A stretch of 64,000 nucleotides of DNA from Squalus acanthias (Eukaryota): NCBI GenBank assembly GCA_030390025.1, contig CM059431.1:100070001-100134000 (forward strand), in the 5' to 3' direction. Positions within the stretch are counted from its first letter, which is position 1. Each line of letters starts with the position of its first letter. The notes beneath the pieces were generated by a model that saw only the letters and a program-made list of their open reading frames with translations, was not told the origin of the DNA and ran no database searches. The translations under genes and the position numbers were made by a program. Below are positions 25,525-39,830 of the stretch, one piece after another.

Positions 25525-27806
25525 CATAGAATGGTTACAGCACAGAAGGAGGCCATTCAGCCCGTCGAGCCCGTGCCAGCTCTCTGCAAGAGCACTTCAG
25601 CTAGTCCCACTCCCCCGCCCTTTCCCCGTAGTCCTGCAAAATGTTTTCCTTCACATACTTATCCAATTCCCTTTTGAAAGCCGTGATTGAATCTGCCTCC
25701 AACACCCTCTCAGGCAGTGCATTCCAGATGCTAATCACGCAAAAGTTTTTCCTCATGTCGCCTTTGGTTCTTCTGCCAACCTTAAATCTGTGTCCTCTGG
25801 TTCTCGATCCTTCCGCCAATGGGAACAGTTTCTCTCTCTCTACTCTGTCTAGACCCCTCATAATTTTAAACACCTCTACCAAATCTCCTCTCAACCTTCT
25901 CTGCTCCAAGGAGAACAAACTCAGCTTCTCCGGTCTATCCACATAACTGAAGTCCCTCATCCCTGGAATCATTCTTGTAAATCTTTTCTGCACCCTCTCT
26001 AAGGCCTTCACACCCTTTCTAAAGTGCGGTGCCCAGAATTGGAGACACACTACTCCAGTTGAGGCCAAACCAGTGTTTTATAAAGGTTCATCATAACTTC
26101 CTTGCTTTTGTACGCTATGCCTGTATTCATGAAGCCCAGGATCCCTTAAGCTTTTTTAACCGCTTTCTCAACCTGCCCTGCCACCTTCATTGATTTGTGC
26201 ACATATACCCCTAGGTCTCTCTGTTCATGTACCCACTTTAGGATTGTACCCTTTAGTTTATATTCCCATCCGCGTTCTTCCTACCAAAATGTATCACTTC
26301 ACACTTTTCTGCATTAAATTTCATCTGCCACGTGTCTGCCCATTTCACCAGCCTGTCTATTTCCTCTTGAAGTCTATCACTGTCCTCCACACTGTTCACT
26401 ATACTTCCAAGTTTTGTGTCATCTGCATATTTTGAAATTGTGCCCTCTACACCCACGTCCAAGTCATCAATATATATCAAGAAAAGTGGTCCGAGTACCG
26501 ACCCCTGGGGAACACCACTGTATACCTTCCTCCAGTCTGATAAACAACCATTCACCACTACTCTCTGTTTCCTGTCACTTAGCCAATTTCGTATCCATGC
26601 TGCCACTGTCCCTTTTATTCCATGGGCTTCAACTTTGCTGGCAAGCCTATTATGTGGCACTTTATCAAACGCCTTTTGGAAATCCATGTACACCACATCA
26701 ACCACATTGCCCTCATCAACCCTCTCTGTTACCTCATCAAAAAACTCGATCAAGTTAGTTAAACACAATTTGCTTTTAACAAATCCATGCTGGCTTTCCT
26801 TAATTAATCCACACTTGTCCAAGTGACTGTTAATTTTGTCCCGGATTATCATTTCTAAAAGCTTCCCCACTACCGAGGTTAAACTGACTGGCCTGTAGTT
26901 GCTGGGTTTATCTTTACACCCTTTTTTGAACAAGGGTGTAAACATTTGCAATTCTCCAGTCCTCTGGCACCACCCACGTATCTAAGGAGGATTGGAAGAT
27001 TATGGACAGTACCTCCGCGATTTCCACCTTTACTTCCCTCAGCATCCTAGGATGCATCCCATCCAGTCCTGGTGACTTATCTACTTTAAGTACAGCCAGC
27101 CTTTCTAGTACCTCCTCTTTATATCAATTTTTATCCCATCCAGTATCTCAACTACCTCCTCTTTCACTATGACTTTGGCAGCATCTTTTTCCTTGGTGAA
27201 GATAGATGCAAAGTACTCATTTAGTACCTCAGCCATGCCCTCTGCCTCCATGCGTAGGTCTCCTTTTTGGTCCCTAATCGGCCCCACCCCTCCTCTTACT
27301 ACCCGTTTACTATTTATATGCCTATAGAAGACTTTTGAATTCCCTTTTATGTTAGCTGCCAGTCTATTCTCATATTCTCTCTTTGCCCCTCTTATTCCTT
27401 TTTCACTTCCCCTCTGAACTTTCTATATTCAGCCTGGTTCTCACTTGTATTCTTAACCTGACATCTGTCATACGCCCCTTTTTTCTGCTTCATCTTACTC
27501 TTTATCTCTTTCGTCATCCAGGGAGCTCTGGCTTTGGTTGCCCTACCTTTCCTTCTAGTGGGAATGTACCTCGACTGTACCCGAACCATCTCCTCTTTAA
27601 CGGCAGCCCATTGTTCGATTGCAGTTTTGCCTGCCAATCTTTGATTCCAATTTACCCGGGCCAGATCCATTCTCAATGCACTGAAATTGGCCTTCCTCCA
27701 ATTAAGTATTTTTACTCCAGATTGTTCCCTGTCCTTTTCCATAGCTAATCTAAACCTTATGATATTATGATCACTGTTCCCTAAATGTTCTCCTACTGAC
27801 ACTTGT
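25525..27806 (-). mobile_element. 5'-truncated CR1 LINE (~2.3 kb, frameshifted ORF2)
   Basis: LGNSDH, NYRPVSLTSVVGK, QHGF, DFQKAFDKVPH, GVPQGSVLGP, YADDTK. Confidence 0.93.
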
Positions 27807-27964
27807 CCTATTTGTTTCTCAAGATTGTTGTATTGTTTTAATTAAATTTTGTTTGACTGTAATATATAAGATGTAAATATGACAGAGCAACATGTTAATA
27901 TTAGACATTTGACATCATATATTTTTTATCCCGAAGGATTTCAACATCTATTGTCCTCATTTCG

Positions 27965-28282
27965 GACAACAACGTGCATTTATATAGCGGCTTGAACAAA
28001 GTAAAATGTCCCAAGTTGCTTCACGAGCATAATCAGAAACAATTTGACACCGAGCCACACAAGGAGCTATTCGGACAGTTGAAGGAGCGTCTTAAAGGAT
28101 GAGAGAGAGGCGGAGAGGTTTAGGGAGGGAATTCGAGAACTTGGGTCCCAGGCAGTGGCGGAGTGGTGAAAATCGGGGATGCGCGAGAGGCCAGATTTGG
28201 AGGAACGCAGAGATCTCGAAGGGTTGTGGAGCTGGAGGTGATTACAGAGATAGGGAGGCATGAGGCTATGGAGGGATTTTGA
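27965..28282 (-). mobile_element. L2 LINE 3' end
   Basis: Similar to the other L2 tails. Confidence 0.75.
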
Positions 28283-28390
28283 GCAGTATATTTTGATTAC
28301 ATATGTAGAATCATCGAATGATACAGCAAAGAAGGAGGCTATTCGGCCCATCGTGCCCGTGCCGGCTCTTTGAAAGAGCTCTCCAATTAG

Positions 28391-28915
<525 letters not shown>

Positions 28916-29087
28916 TGACACTTGTACAGAAAACTAATGTTACCAGTTAGTGTACGCTTTTCGTTTTATTTAAAGTTGAGAGGAGGAGGAGGAGGAGGAG
29001 GAGGAAGTAGTGTTCTTTTCAATCCAAAGTATCCCCCGAAAAAGTACAACAACTGCAAGAGCAAAGGCTGGGAGCATTCAGTTGCTT

Positions 29088-29330
29088 GCGGGCGGGATGG
29101 GGCAGGGGGGCGGGATGGCGCGGGGGCGGGTGTGATGGGGCGGGATGGTGCGGGGGCGGGTGTGATGGGGCGGGATGGGGCAGGGGCGGGTGTGATGCGG
29201 CGCGGGCGGGGTGAGGCGGGTGTGATGGGGCGCAGGCGGGATGAGGCGAGTGTGATGGGGCGCGGGCGGGATGGCGCAGGGGCGGGTGAAATGGGCGGGG
29301 GCGGGTGGGATGGGCGGGGGCGGGCGGGGG
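29088..29330. repeat. G-rich degenerate ~30-bp minisatellite (gggcgggatggcgcgggggcgggtgtgatg)
   Basis: Direct inspection; preceded by (GGA)n at ~28979-29005. Confidence 0.85.
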
Positions 29331-30381
29331 GATTGCCAGTTAAGAAAATATCAGTCTCGCCTAGAACTGCTTTGTTGAGTCTTTTAGTTAGAAAAGATCC
29401 TCACAAGTGACGTATTCAACTAGAAGGTTATGCTGATAGGGTGAGATGAAGAGGGGTGGGAGGAGGCTCGAGTGGAGCAGAAACAGTGGCACAGACCAGT
29501 TGGGCCGAATGGCCTGTTTCTGTGCTCTACATTCTATGTAACATTCTTTATGTTGCTGCCACGGAACTGTGATCATCATCCTTCCCCATCGTGGTCCTGG
29601 AAGGAAATCGAAGTTAATTTCAGCCTTAAGTCAATCGTTGCACTCGCCTGGGGGTAGGGGAGGGGAGGGGGTGAGGGCCTGGGGTGGGGGGAGGGGGTGA
29701 GGGCTCGGTGCTGGGGGAGGGGGAGGGGGAGGGGAGTGGGCTGGTGTAAAATCATGGGGATTGTGAACCCAAATGCCTAATTTCATAGAATGGTGCAGCA
29801 CAGCCGGCTCTTTGAAAGAGCTCTCCAATTAGTCCCACTTCCCCCTGCTCTTTCCCCCAGAGCCCTGCAAAATATTTTCTTTTCAAGTATTTATCGAATT
29901 CTATTTTGAACGTTACTATTGAATCTGCTTTCAGGCAGTGCATTATATGCAAAGTTCTGCGTCGGGAGCGCAAATCTATAAAATTATCCTTGTATGTCTC
30001 TCCCATCCCTGAGTTGTTTCTCTTTTAAAAGATGTCTTCAGTAATAAATAGGAAGGAGCACAGGAACAGGAGGAGGCCATTCAGCCCCTCGAGCCTGTTC
30101 CGCTATTCAATGAGTTCATGGCTGATCTGTATCTTAACTCCATCTACCCGCCTTGGTTCCATAACCCTTAATACCCTTACCCAACATAAATCTCTCAATC
30201 TCCGTTTTGACATTTTCAGTTGACCCCCAGCCTCAAACAGCTTTTTGGGGGGAGAGAGTTCCAGATTTCCACCACCCTTTGTGTGAAGAAGTGCTTCCTG
30301 ACATCACCCCTGAACGGCCTGGTTCTAATTTTAAGGCGATGCCCCCTTGTTCTGGACTCCCTCCCCCCCCCGCCCCCCCCA

Positions 30382-32670
30382 ACTGCCGGCATGACATCGG
30401 CCGTCTCAATTTCTCTGCTCCCCTCACTCACTCCAACCTACCTCCCTCTGAACTTGCAGCACTCCATTCTCTCAGATCCAACCCCAACATTGTCATTAAA
30501 CCTGCTGACCAGGGTGGTGCGATGGTTGTTTGGCGAACCGACCTCTACCTAGCGGACGCTGAACGCCAACTCTCCGACACCTCCTCCTACCTCCGCCTGG
30601 ACCATGACCCCACTACCGAACATCAAGCCACCGTTTCCAAGACCGTCATTGACCTCCATCTCCTCTGGAGATCTTCCCTCCACAGCCGCCAACCTCATAG
30701 TTCCCCAACCCCGCACAGCCCACTTCTACCTCCTTCCCAAGATCCACAAACAGGACTGCCCTGGTAGACCCACCGTTTCAGCCTGTTCTTGCCCCACGGA
30801 ACTTATCTCTTCCTATCTCGACTCTATTTTTTCTTCCCTTGTCCAGTCTCTTTCCCACTTACATCTGCGACTCTTCCGACGCCCTCCGTCGCTTTAACAG
30901 TTTCCAGTTTCCTGGCCCCAACCGTCTCCTTTTCACTATGGACGTCCAATCCCTCTACACCTCCAGGATGGCCTGAGGGCGCTCCGCTTCTTCCTTGAAC
31001 AGAGGCCCAACCAGTCCCCATCCACCGCCACCCTCCTCCGCCTGGCTGAACTTGTTCTCACATTGAACAACTTCTCCTTTGACTCCACTCACTTCCTCCA
31101 AATTAAAGGTGTAGCTATGGGAACCCACATGGGTCCTAGCTATGTCTGCCTTTTCGTGGGATATGTGGAACATTCTTTGTTTCAGTCCTACTCGGGTCCC
31201 CTCCCTCACCTATTTTTCCGGTACATTGATGACTGTATCGGTGCTGTTTCCTGCTCTCGCCCTGAACTAGAAAATGTCATTCTCTTTGAATCCAATTTCC
31301 ACCCTTCCTTCACCTTCACATGGTCCATCTCCAACTCTTCCCTTCACTTCCTCGACTTCTCTGTCTCCATCTCTGGGGATAGGCTATTGACAAACATTCA
31401 CTACAAGCCCACTGACTCCCACAGCTACCTGGACTACACTTCCTCCCACCCCGCCTCCTGTAAGGACTCTATTCCATTCTACCAGTTTCTCCATCTCCAC
31501 CGCATCTGCTCTGACGATGCCACATTCCATACCAGAGCTTCCGACATGTCTTCCTTTTTCCTCAACCAAGGATTCCCCTCTACTGTGGTTGACGCGGCCC
31601 TCGGCCGTGTCCGTTCCATTTCCCACACTTCTGCTCTCACCCCTTCCCCTCCCTCCCGGAACCACGATAGGGTTCCCCTTGTCCTCACTTTTCACCCCAC
31701 CAGCCTCCACATTCAATGGACCATCTTCCGCCACCTCCAGCGTGATCCCACCACCAAACAGCATTCCAAAGGGACCACTCCCTCCGCGACACCCTGGTCC
31801 ACTCCTCTTTCACCCCCAACACCCCTTCCCCTTCCCCTGGCACCTTCCCGTGCAAGCGCAGGAGATGCAACACATGCCCTTTTACTTCCTCCCTTTCCAC
31901 TGTCCAGGGCCCCAAACACTCTTTCCAGGTGAAACAGCGATTTACTTGTACTTCTTGCAATTTAGTATACTGTATTCGCTGCTCACGATGTGGTCTCCTC
32001 TACATTGGGGAGACCAAACGCAGATTGGGTGACCGCTTTGCAGAACACCTCCGTTCAGTCCGTAAGGGGGACCCCGAGCTTCCGGTTGCCTGTCACTTTA
32101 ATTCACTGCTTCACTCCCACTCTGATCTCTCTGTCCTCGGCCTCTTGCATTGTTCCAATGAAGCTCAATGTAAGCTCGAGGAACAGCACCTCATCTTTCG
32201 ATTAGGCACTTTACAGCCTTCTGGACTTAACATCGAGTTCAACAACTTCAGACCATAACCTCTGCCCCTATCTTTTTTTCCATTTATTTTCTCTCTCTCA
32301 CATGGCAGCTGTCTTTCATTCTGCCATCGCCATTTACACTTCATCTAGAGCCATCTTTTGTTTCTTAACTTGTCCCATGACCATCTCCTTTTGCCTTGCA
32401 CCATCATCCCTTTTGTCTCTTAACCTCTCCTGCCTTCCATCCTATCACAGACCTTCCCTTTTGTTCTTTCCTCCCCTCCCCCCTTTCCCTGCCCCCGCAC
32501 TTGCTTAAAAACCTGTTACATCTCCAACTTTTTCCAGTTCTGACGAAGGGTCATCGACCTGAAACGTTAACTCTGTTTCTCTCTCCACAGATGCTGCCTG
32601 ACCTGCTGAGTGTTTCCAGCATTTTCTGTTTTTATTTCAGATTTCCAGCATCCGCAGTATTTTGCTTTTG
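30382..32670 (+). mobile_element. Penelope-like retroelement (RT + GIY-YIG endonuclease), truncated and frameshifted
   Basis: [80 protein letters not shown]...SGLN. Confidence 0.92.
32536..32572 (+). ncRNA. Minimal hammerhead ribozyme motif in the Penelope tail
   Basis: AGTT-CTGACGA-A-GGGTC atc GACCT-GAAA-CGT-T-AACT. Confidence 0.72.
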
Positions 32671-32914
32671 CCCCACCAGAGGAAATAGTTTCTCTCCATC
32701 TACCCTATCAACTCCTTTAATCATCTTAACCACATCAATTAGATCACCCCTTAATCTTCTACACTCGAGGGAATACAAGCCCAGTCTGTGCAGCCCGTCC
32801 TCATAATTTAACCCTTTTAGCCCCGGTATCATTCCGGTGAAAAATGTTTTTTTCTTGAGTGAAGAGCAGTAGAGGAGTCCTGTTCTTAGCTTCGTAGACA
32901 TGTAACGTGATATA

Positions 32915-33278
<364 letters not shown>

Positions 33279-33307
33279 TGACTGGGAGTTCATGCATGGA
33301 AAGGTCA

Positions 33308-33600
33308 AACAACAGCTTGTATTTATACCGCGGCTTTGACGGAGTAAATCGTCCCAGGGCGCTTCACAGGAGCGATTATCTGACAACATTTGACACCGAG
33401 CCACATAAGGAGAGATTCGGACAGGTGACCAAAAGCTTGGTCGAAGAGGTAGGTTTTAAGCAGCGTCTTAAAGGAGGAGAGAGAGGGGGAGAGGTTTAGG
33501 GAGGGAATTCCAGAGCTCAGGGCACCAACAGCTGAAGGCACGGCCGCCAATGGTGGAGCGATTAAAATCAGGGATGCTCAACAGACCAGAATTAGAGGAA
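33308..33600 (-). mobile_element. L2 LINE 3' end, ~40 nt after the exon 9 donor
   Basis: NRSTIGGRAFSC...LWNSLP. Confidence 0.82.
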
Positions 33601-34035
33601 TCATAAGAAATAGGAGCAGGAGCAGGCCACCCGATCCTCGAGCCTGCTCCGCCATTTAATGAGATCATGGCTGATCTGATCTTGGCCTCAACTCCACTTT
33701 CCTGCCTGCTCCCCATAACTCTCGACTCTCCTGTTGCTCAAAAATCTGTCTATCTCCACCTTGAATATATTCAATGACCCAGCCTCCACAGCTCTCTGGG
33801 GAAGAGAATTCCAAAGATTCACGACCCTCAGAGAAGAAATTCCTCCTCATCTCCGTCTTAAATGGGCGACCCCTTATCCTGAGACTATGCCCCCTGGTTC
33901 TAGATTCCCCCACTAGGGGAAACATCCTCTCGGCATCTACCCTGTCCAAACCCCCTCGGAATCTTATATGTTTCAATAAGATCACCTCTCATTCTTCTAA
34001 ACTCCAATGAGTATAGGCCCAACCTGCTCAACCTG
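33601..34035 (-). mobile_element. CR1 (HER1-like) 3' fragment
   Basis: LGLYSLEFRRMRGDLIETYK; RTRGHSLRIRG. Confidence 0.87.
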
Positions 34036-34120
34036 TCCTTACCCGGTCTGGGCCTATATGTGACTCCAGTCCCACACCAACGTAGTTGATTCTTAACTGC
34101 CCTCTGAAGTGGAGGGCGAG

Positions 34121-34280
34121 CAATGTTCCCTGTAAAAAATAAATAAATAAATAAATAATTTCTGGGTGCGCGGCCCCTCGGCCCATTCGAAATGCAGCGC
34201 AAGCGTGGGGTTTTTTGTATTTAAAAGCCATCGAGCCGGCTGAGCGGAGGCTGCGACCGCACAGCTTTAGGGGAACATTG
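34121..34280. mobile_element. 160-bp MITE with hAT-like TIR (caatgttccc/gggaacattg)
   Basis: Perfect 10-bp TIR; sister of 22160-22309. Confidence 0.62.
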
Positions 34281-34979
34281 CTAGCTCGTCTCTCAGTTGC
34301 ATCAAACTCGGAGGCAACTCGGGATGTGCAATAAATTCCCGCCTTGCCAGCAACGCCCACATCCTCGGAATAAATATATATATTTTTTTAAAGATCCAGC
34401 GTGACAAATTTCCATTGCGTGTCCCGCTACTGCCCACCTGAATAGGCCCCCCCCAATCCCCAATAAACAACTCCCAAAATTGGGCATTCAACCGTGCAGT
34501 CCGGAGCTCTGTGTAATGAATTTCTAAAATGACGGCGAGATTACTTTTTCAGAACTCTGCCAGGATTTCACCACCTGCACATTAAGCAGATCGATAGATC
34601 CTTGGGCAATAACGGAATCAAGGGATATGGAGATCGGGAGGGAAAGTGGAGTTGAGGTTGATGATCAGCCATGATCTTATTGAATGGCGGAGCAGGCTCG
34701 AGGGGCCGAATGGCCGACTCCTGCTCCTGATTCTTATGCTCTGATGTAAGCAGAAGCCGTCAGCAGTGACGGCGAGTTGCACTCTCATAACTAGCACTCG
34801 TAAATTATGGCTCTTCACACTCGAAAGAATAACTGTAATTCCGTTTCACTGGTGATCTGTGCTGTCTTCATGTCAAGGCTTTGATGTATAATTTTATTGT
34901 CCAGAATCCGGATTGCTCATGCCACTGAAATCTCAACAAAAAAAAAGCACCTCGAATTGACTTAATGGTCCGATTCACA

Positions 34980-35385
34980 AAGAACATAAGAATTAGGAGC
35001 AGGAGTCGGCCATACGGCCCCTCGAGCCTGCTCTGCCATTCAATAAGATCATGGCCGATCTTCGACCTCAACTCCACTTTCCCACCCGATTTCCATATCC
35101 CTTGATTCCCCTAGAGCCCAAAAATCTATCGATATCTGTCTTGAATATACTCAACGACTGAGCATCCACAGCCCTCTGGGGTAGAGAATTCCAAAGATTC
35201 ACAACCCTCTGAGTGAAGAAATTTCTCTTCATCTCAGTCCTAAATGGCCAACCCCTTATCCTGAGACTATTCCCCCTAGTGTTAGACTCTCCAGCCAAGG
35301 GAAACAACCTCTCCGCATCTACCCTGTCAATCCCCCTTAGAATCTTGTATGTTTCAATGAGATCACCTCTCATTCTTCTAAACTC
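34980..35385 (-). mobile_element. CR1 (HER1-like) 3' fragment
   Basis: EFRRMRGDLIETYK...FFTQRVVNLWNSLP. Confidence 0.87.
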
Positions 35386-35889
35386 AGGTGTATTAATAAA
35401 ACCCAACAATGAAACAGAATAGCGGATGATGGCGTGTCCATTTACTTTCGAGAACGGTTGCGTGCATCTCTCCCAGGTCTTTCACACCTGATGCATTAGG
35501 AAACGTTTTTTTTTCCCTCCAGCTAACCATAGAAATAGAAAATGCTGGAAACACCCAGCGGGTCAGATACAACCGCCAGATACCTCCACAGACGCTGCCT
35601 GACCCACTGAGTGTTTCCAGCACTTTCTGTTTTTCTTTCAGATTCCCAGCACCCGCAGTGTTTTGATTTTGTAATATGCCAAGGCTATGTTCTGCCACAA
35701 AAAATATAACTTCGCTATGAAAGGAAAGAGTGTGTGTGTTTAATATTTCAATTTTTTTTTTTTAAGTTTCCTGTATGTACAAGGGCCAGTCTTTCGAGCA
35801 CAAATGTTTGGCAGGCACTAGTGTTTGGAAAACCAGCCCTATCCTGTTAACTTGCACAATTTCACTTGTATCTCGCTGACAGACTTCAT

Positions 35890-36457
35890 GGGGTGATTTT
35901 AACCCCCAACGACGGGCGGGTGGGAAGGTAAAAATATTAAAATTCTCAACCCCGACCCCAACTCGTCCACTTCCAGTTTTAACCGAGGCGGGACGAGGGG
36001 CGGGCGACCAATCCGCTCTCGGGCCCGTCAATAACATCTTTTAAGGAGGCTGCGTGCCTCCATTTTAACCAGGATTTTTGGCGCGTGGCGGTCGGGATTG
36101 CCGGGAGGTTAAAGGAGGCGAGAAGGGCCGGATCCATGAGGTAAGGGCCTTTCCAGCACTGCTGGTGGGCTGGGAGGAGCAGGAGTGTTCTCTCCCAGGC
36201 CCGACAAGCTTACCGTCGCACAATCGGACCCCCGCGATCAGCTGACACCCGGCTCCCCACCCCCCACACAGGGAGGCCCCCCCCCCGCCTGTCAATCTGG
36301 CTGTCGGCCAGGAAATCAGTTGAAAACATTTAGGAGTAAATTCACCAAGACCTGCGGGGAAACCCTTACCTCCAGATATCCCGATCGAAAATCCCATCCC
36401 ACCAACGCCCGCCCCCCCCCCACTCTCTATTTCCGGCTCCGGCTAAATATCGGGGAC
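35890..36457. mobile_element. GC-rich MITE family M2
   Basis: Both ends homologous (inverted) to 52560-53366; start also matches ~60217; flanks cat/aat. Confidence 0.6.
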
Positions 36458-36529
36458 AATGTATCTGTTGTGTTGAGTTCACGTGAAAATAGTGACTCAA
36501 ACTACTTCACCAATTCCATGGCTAAGCAT

Positions 36530-37215
36530 CACACAGCACAGAAGGAGGCCATTCAGCCCATCGTGCCTGTGCTGGCTCTTTGAAAGAGCTCTCCAATTAG
36601 TCCCACTCCACCCCTGCTCTTTCCCCTTAGCCCAAAAGATTTTTCCTTTTCAAGTTTACTATTGAATCTGTTTCCACCGCCCTTTCAGGCAGCGCATTCC
36701 AGGTCACAAAGTAAAAAATTCCTCATCTCCCCTCTGGTATCTTCAATCTGTGTCCTCTGGTTACCAACCCTCCTGCCAATGGAAACAGTTTCTTTTTATT
36801 TACTCATCAAAACCCTTCATAATTTTGAACACCCCTATTAAATCTCCCCTTAACCTTCTCTGCTCTAAGGAGAGCAATCCCAACTTCACTAGTCTTCTTC
36901 GACAGCACCTCCCAAACCCGCGGCCTCTACCACCTAAAAGGACAAGGGCAGCAGGCGCATGGGAACACCACCACCTCCAAGTTCCCCTCCAATTCACACA
37001 CCATCCTGACTTGAAAATATATCGGCTGTTCCTTCTTCGTCGCCGGGTCAAAATCCTGGAACTCCCTCCCTAACAGCACTGTGGGAGCACCTTCACCACA
37101 CGGACTGCAGCGGTTCAAGAAGGCAGCTCACCACCACCTTCTCAAGGGCAATTAGGGATGGCTAATAAATGTCGGCCTTGCCAGCGACGCCCAGATCCCA
37201 GGAATGAATTTTTTT
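36530..37215. mobile_element. CR1 3' fragment (-, to ~36888) abutting a YSPLAW-type LINE 3' end (+)
   Basis: LLSLEQRRLRGDL on -; RQHLPNPRPLPP on +. Confidence 0.8.
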
Positions 37216-37322
37216 TTAAGTCTCTCCACAGAGCTGTGTTGTAAAGATTATTGAATCTGTGTACTATTTTCTGGTTATTTAAAGCAGGTATGTTAGTGAG
37301 CAGAATTGTCTTTTCCCTGTAG

Positions 37323-37418
<96 letters not shown>

Positions 37419-37520
37419 TGATCGCTGGTTGATTAACATGTATGTGTGTTTCTTCTCAAACTAGGATTTCGGTAATACAGTCTACTGCTAACAACAACTT
37501 GCATTTGTATAGCGCCTTTA

Positions 37521-37912
37521 AAGAAAGAAAGACTTGCATTTCTATAGCGCCTTTCACGACCACCGGATGTCCCAAAGCGCTTTACAACCAATGAAGTACT
37601 TTTTGAAGTGTGGTCACTGTTGTAATGTAGGAAACGTGGCAGCCAATTTGCGCACAGCAAGCTCCCACAAACAGGAATGTGATATTGGCCAGATAATCTG
37701 CTTAGTGATGTTGGTTGAGGGATAAATATTGGGCAGGACACCGGGGAGATCTCCCCTGCTCTTCTTAGAAAAACTGCCGTGGGATCTTTTACATCCACCT
37801 GAGAGCAGAAGGGATCTTGGTTTAACATCTCATCCGAAAGACGGCACCTCCGACAGTGCAGCACTCCCTCAGCACTGCACTGGAGCGTCAGCCTAGATTT
37901 TTGAGCTCAAGT
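37521..37912 (-). mobile_element. DeuSINE, single unit, head-truncated, nested in an L2 tail
   Basis: L2 tail at ~37490-37520 and ~37917-38030 flanks it. Confidence 0.8.
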
Positions 37913-38053
37913 CCTAGAGATATTAGGAAAGGTGACCAAAAGTTTGGCCAAAAAGGCCAGTTTTCAGGAGACTCTTAAAGGAGGAGAGCTTGGCGAAGAG
38001 GTTTCAGGAGGAAATTCCAGAGCTTGGGGCATATAGTCATGGTAGCAAATATT

Positions 38054-38812
38054 GGGCCAGAAATTCAGCTCTCCGGCTTCCCGCGGGTGCAAGGATCGCG
38101 CGCGTACTTACCTAGCGCGCCTGCCGTTATGCTTCGGGCCCGCGTGAAATTCGGCTCCTGGGCCTCCTGCAGCTGCCAGCGTGCAGTGCTTGCGTAACCC
38201 AGGGGCGCAGTTAGTTCGAAGCGTCCCCTGGGATCACGTGGGCCATGGAGAGCCAATCGGAGCAGGGAATCTTCATTCATAGATTTGACAGGACCTGTCA
38301 AATCTATGAATAGAGATCGGCCCCAAAACCTCACTAAAACTTCAAATACATTTTTTTTTAATCACATTTTTAAAATAACTAGAAATTACATAAATTAACT
38401 ACTTTAAACAAAAATTTTAATTTTTGAAAAAATTAATTACACTTTTTAACGGTGCTAAAAATAAACTTACCTTTCTTTAAAGTATGTAAAAAAGATAAAC
38501 CTGTTGAAAAAATGTTTAAATTGTACTTAATTCACCACTTACCTTGTTAAAAGTAGGCCTTGCGCCTCCTTTTTCCCCGCGTAGCTTCTCCGTACTTACC
38601 CTCACGGAGAAACCTGAAAAAAAAAACGAAGTTCGAGGTCTACGCGCTGCCTCTCCAGCGCACGCGTTCGACCTCTGAACCCCTTCCTTCAGGGGAACGG
38701 AAGTTCCGGTTTCCAGCGCATGCGCAGTGCATGCACGAAACCGGCACTTTCGTTGGGTCTACGGGTGAGTACACAGCGCGTACTCACCCGTGGAGACCCG
38801 AATTTCTGGCCC
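38054..38812. mobile_element. MITE family M1, ~759 bp
   Basis: Perfect inverted termini ttgggccagaaattc (38052-38066) and gaatttctggcccaa (38800-38814). Confidence 0.82.
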
Positions 38813-39019
38813 AACATTGTATCAGGGTAATAATCTGAAACCAGCATAGTGAGAAGTCATTGCTATATAAGTAAGTTGTTTAAATTCCTCCCAGGGATAT
38901 GGGAGGAAGTTTTGTACTGTGGATGTCTCCGTGCGCGCTGTCAACATTCTTAATGATCAGACGGCAGGAAGTGCAGTTCCTAAAGGATAAGTCGAATCGT
39001 GTCAGTTTTCTCTTAAGAT

Positions 39020-39360
39020 CATAGACTAATACGGCACAGAAGAAGGCCATTCGGCCTATCGTGCCTGTGCCGGCTCTTTGAACGAGCTCTCCAATTAGTC
39101 CCACTCCCCCTGCTCTTTCCCTATAGCCCTGCAAATTTTTCCTTGGTATTTATCCAATTCCCTTTTGAAAGTTACTATTGAATCTGCTTCCACCGCCCTT
39201 TCAGGCAGCGCATTCCAGATCACAACAACTCGCTGCATAAAAAAAATTCTCCTCATCTCCCCTCTGGTTCTTTTGCCAATTATCTTAAATCTGTGCCCTC
39301 TGGTTACCGACCCTCCTGCCACTGGAAACAGTTTCTCCTTATTTACTCCATCAAAACCCC
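39020..39360 (-). mobile_element. CR1 3' fragment
   Basis: VTRGHRFKIIGKR...WNALP. Confidence 0.85.
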
Positions 39361-39675
39361 TCGAGAACTCCCCTTGTTTTGAGATAGAATTCCTAATTTA
39401 AGTGTGTTTCACGAAGTGAAATATTAATCTTTTTAATTATATGCATATTGGTAAACTTTGTACTCCTCCAGATGTGAAATGACTGCACTTATGTTTTCAC
39501 CTTTTACGCTCAGTGTCCACATCTGAGGGGGGGAGGGGGGGTAATTTCGACATTGGGTGATATCGGGTCAGCCGCCTGTTGTACATCTCTCTTGATTTCA
39601 CACCAAAGGTCCAGCGGTCTCCTGATAATATTATGCTCAGCTCTTGACTCAGACGTGACTGTAGCCCTTTATACA

Positions 39676-39830
39676 ATGTAACCTCATCTACACTAACCTA
39701 CTGATCCCAATGATGGTCCATAACTGGGCGCGCCTATTGTGCGCGCACTGCGCCCATCGGCTCTACACACTAGACTGTCCACGTTTAGGACGGGCACTGG
39801 GATCAGTAGGTTAATGTAGAGAGTCTACAC
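39676..39830. repeat. Small fold-back element (26-bp inverted arms)
   Basis: 39687-39712 vs 39795-39820 complementary at 24 of 26 nt. Confidence 0.7.

Larger units (their letters stand above)
30055..32835 (-). mobile_element. CR1 3' fragment split by the Penelope-like insertion (30055-30381 and 32671-32835)
   Basis: ttctggactcc(c)n|ccccaccagaggaaatagtttctc is contiguous in the copy at ~61115-61150. Confidence 0.82.

Noticed and set aside
28922..29410. Gly/Arg-rich 162-aa ORF
   Set aside because: Read-through of (GGA)n and a G-rich minisatellite in intron 8
30382..32258. Active Penelope element or independent GIY-YIG nuclease gene
   Set aside because: Multiple frameshifts and deletions, and the 5' end is missing
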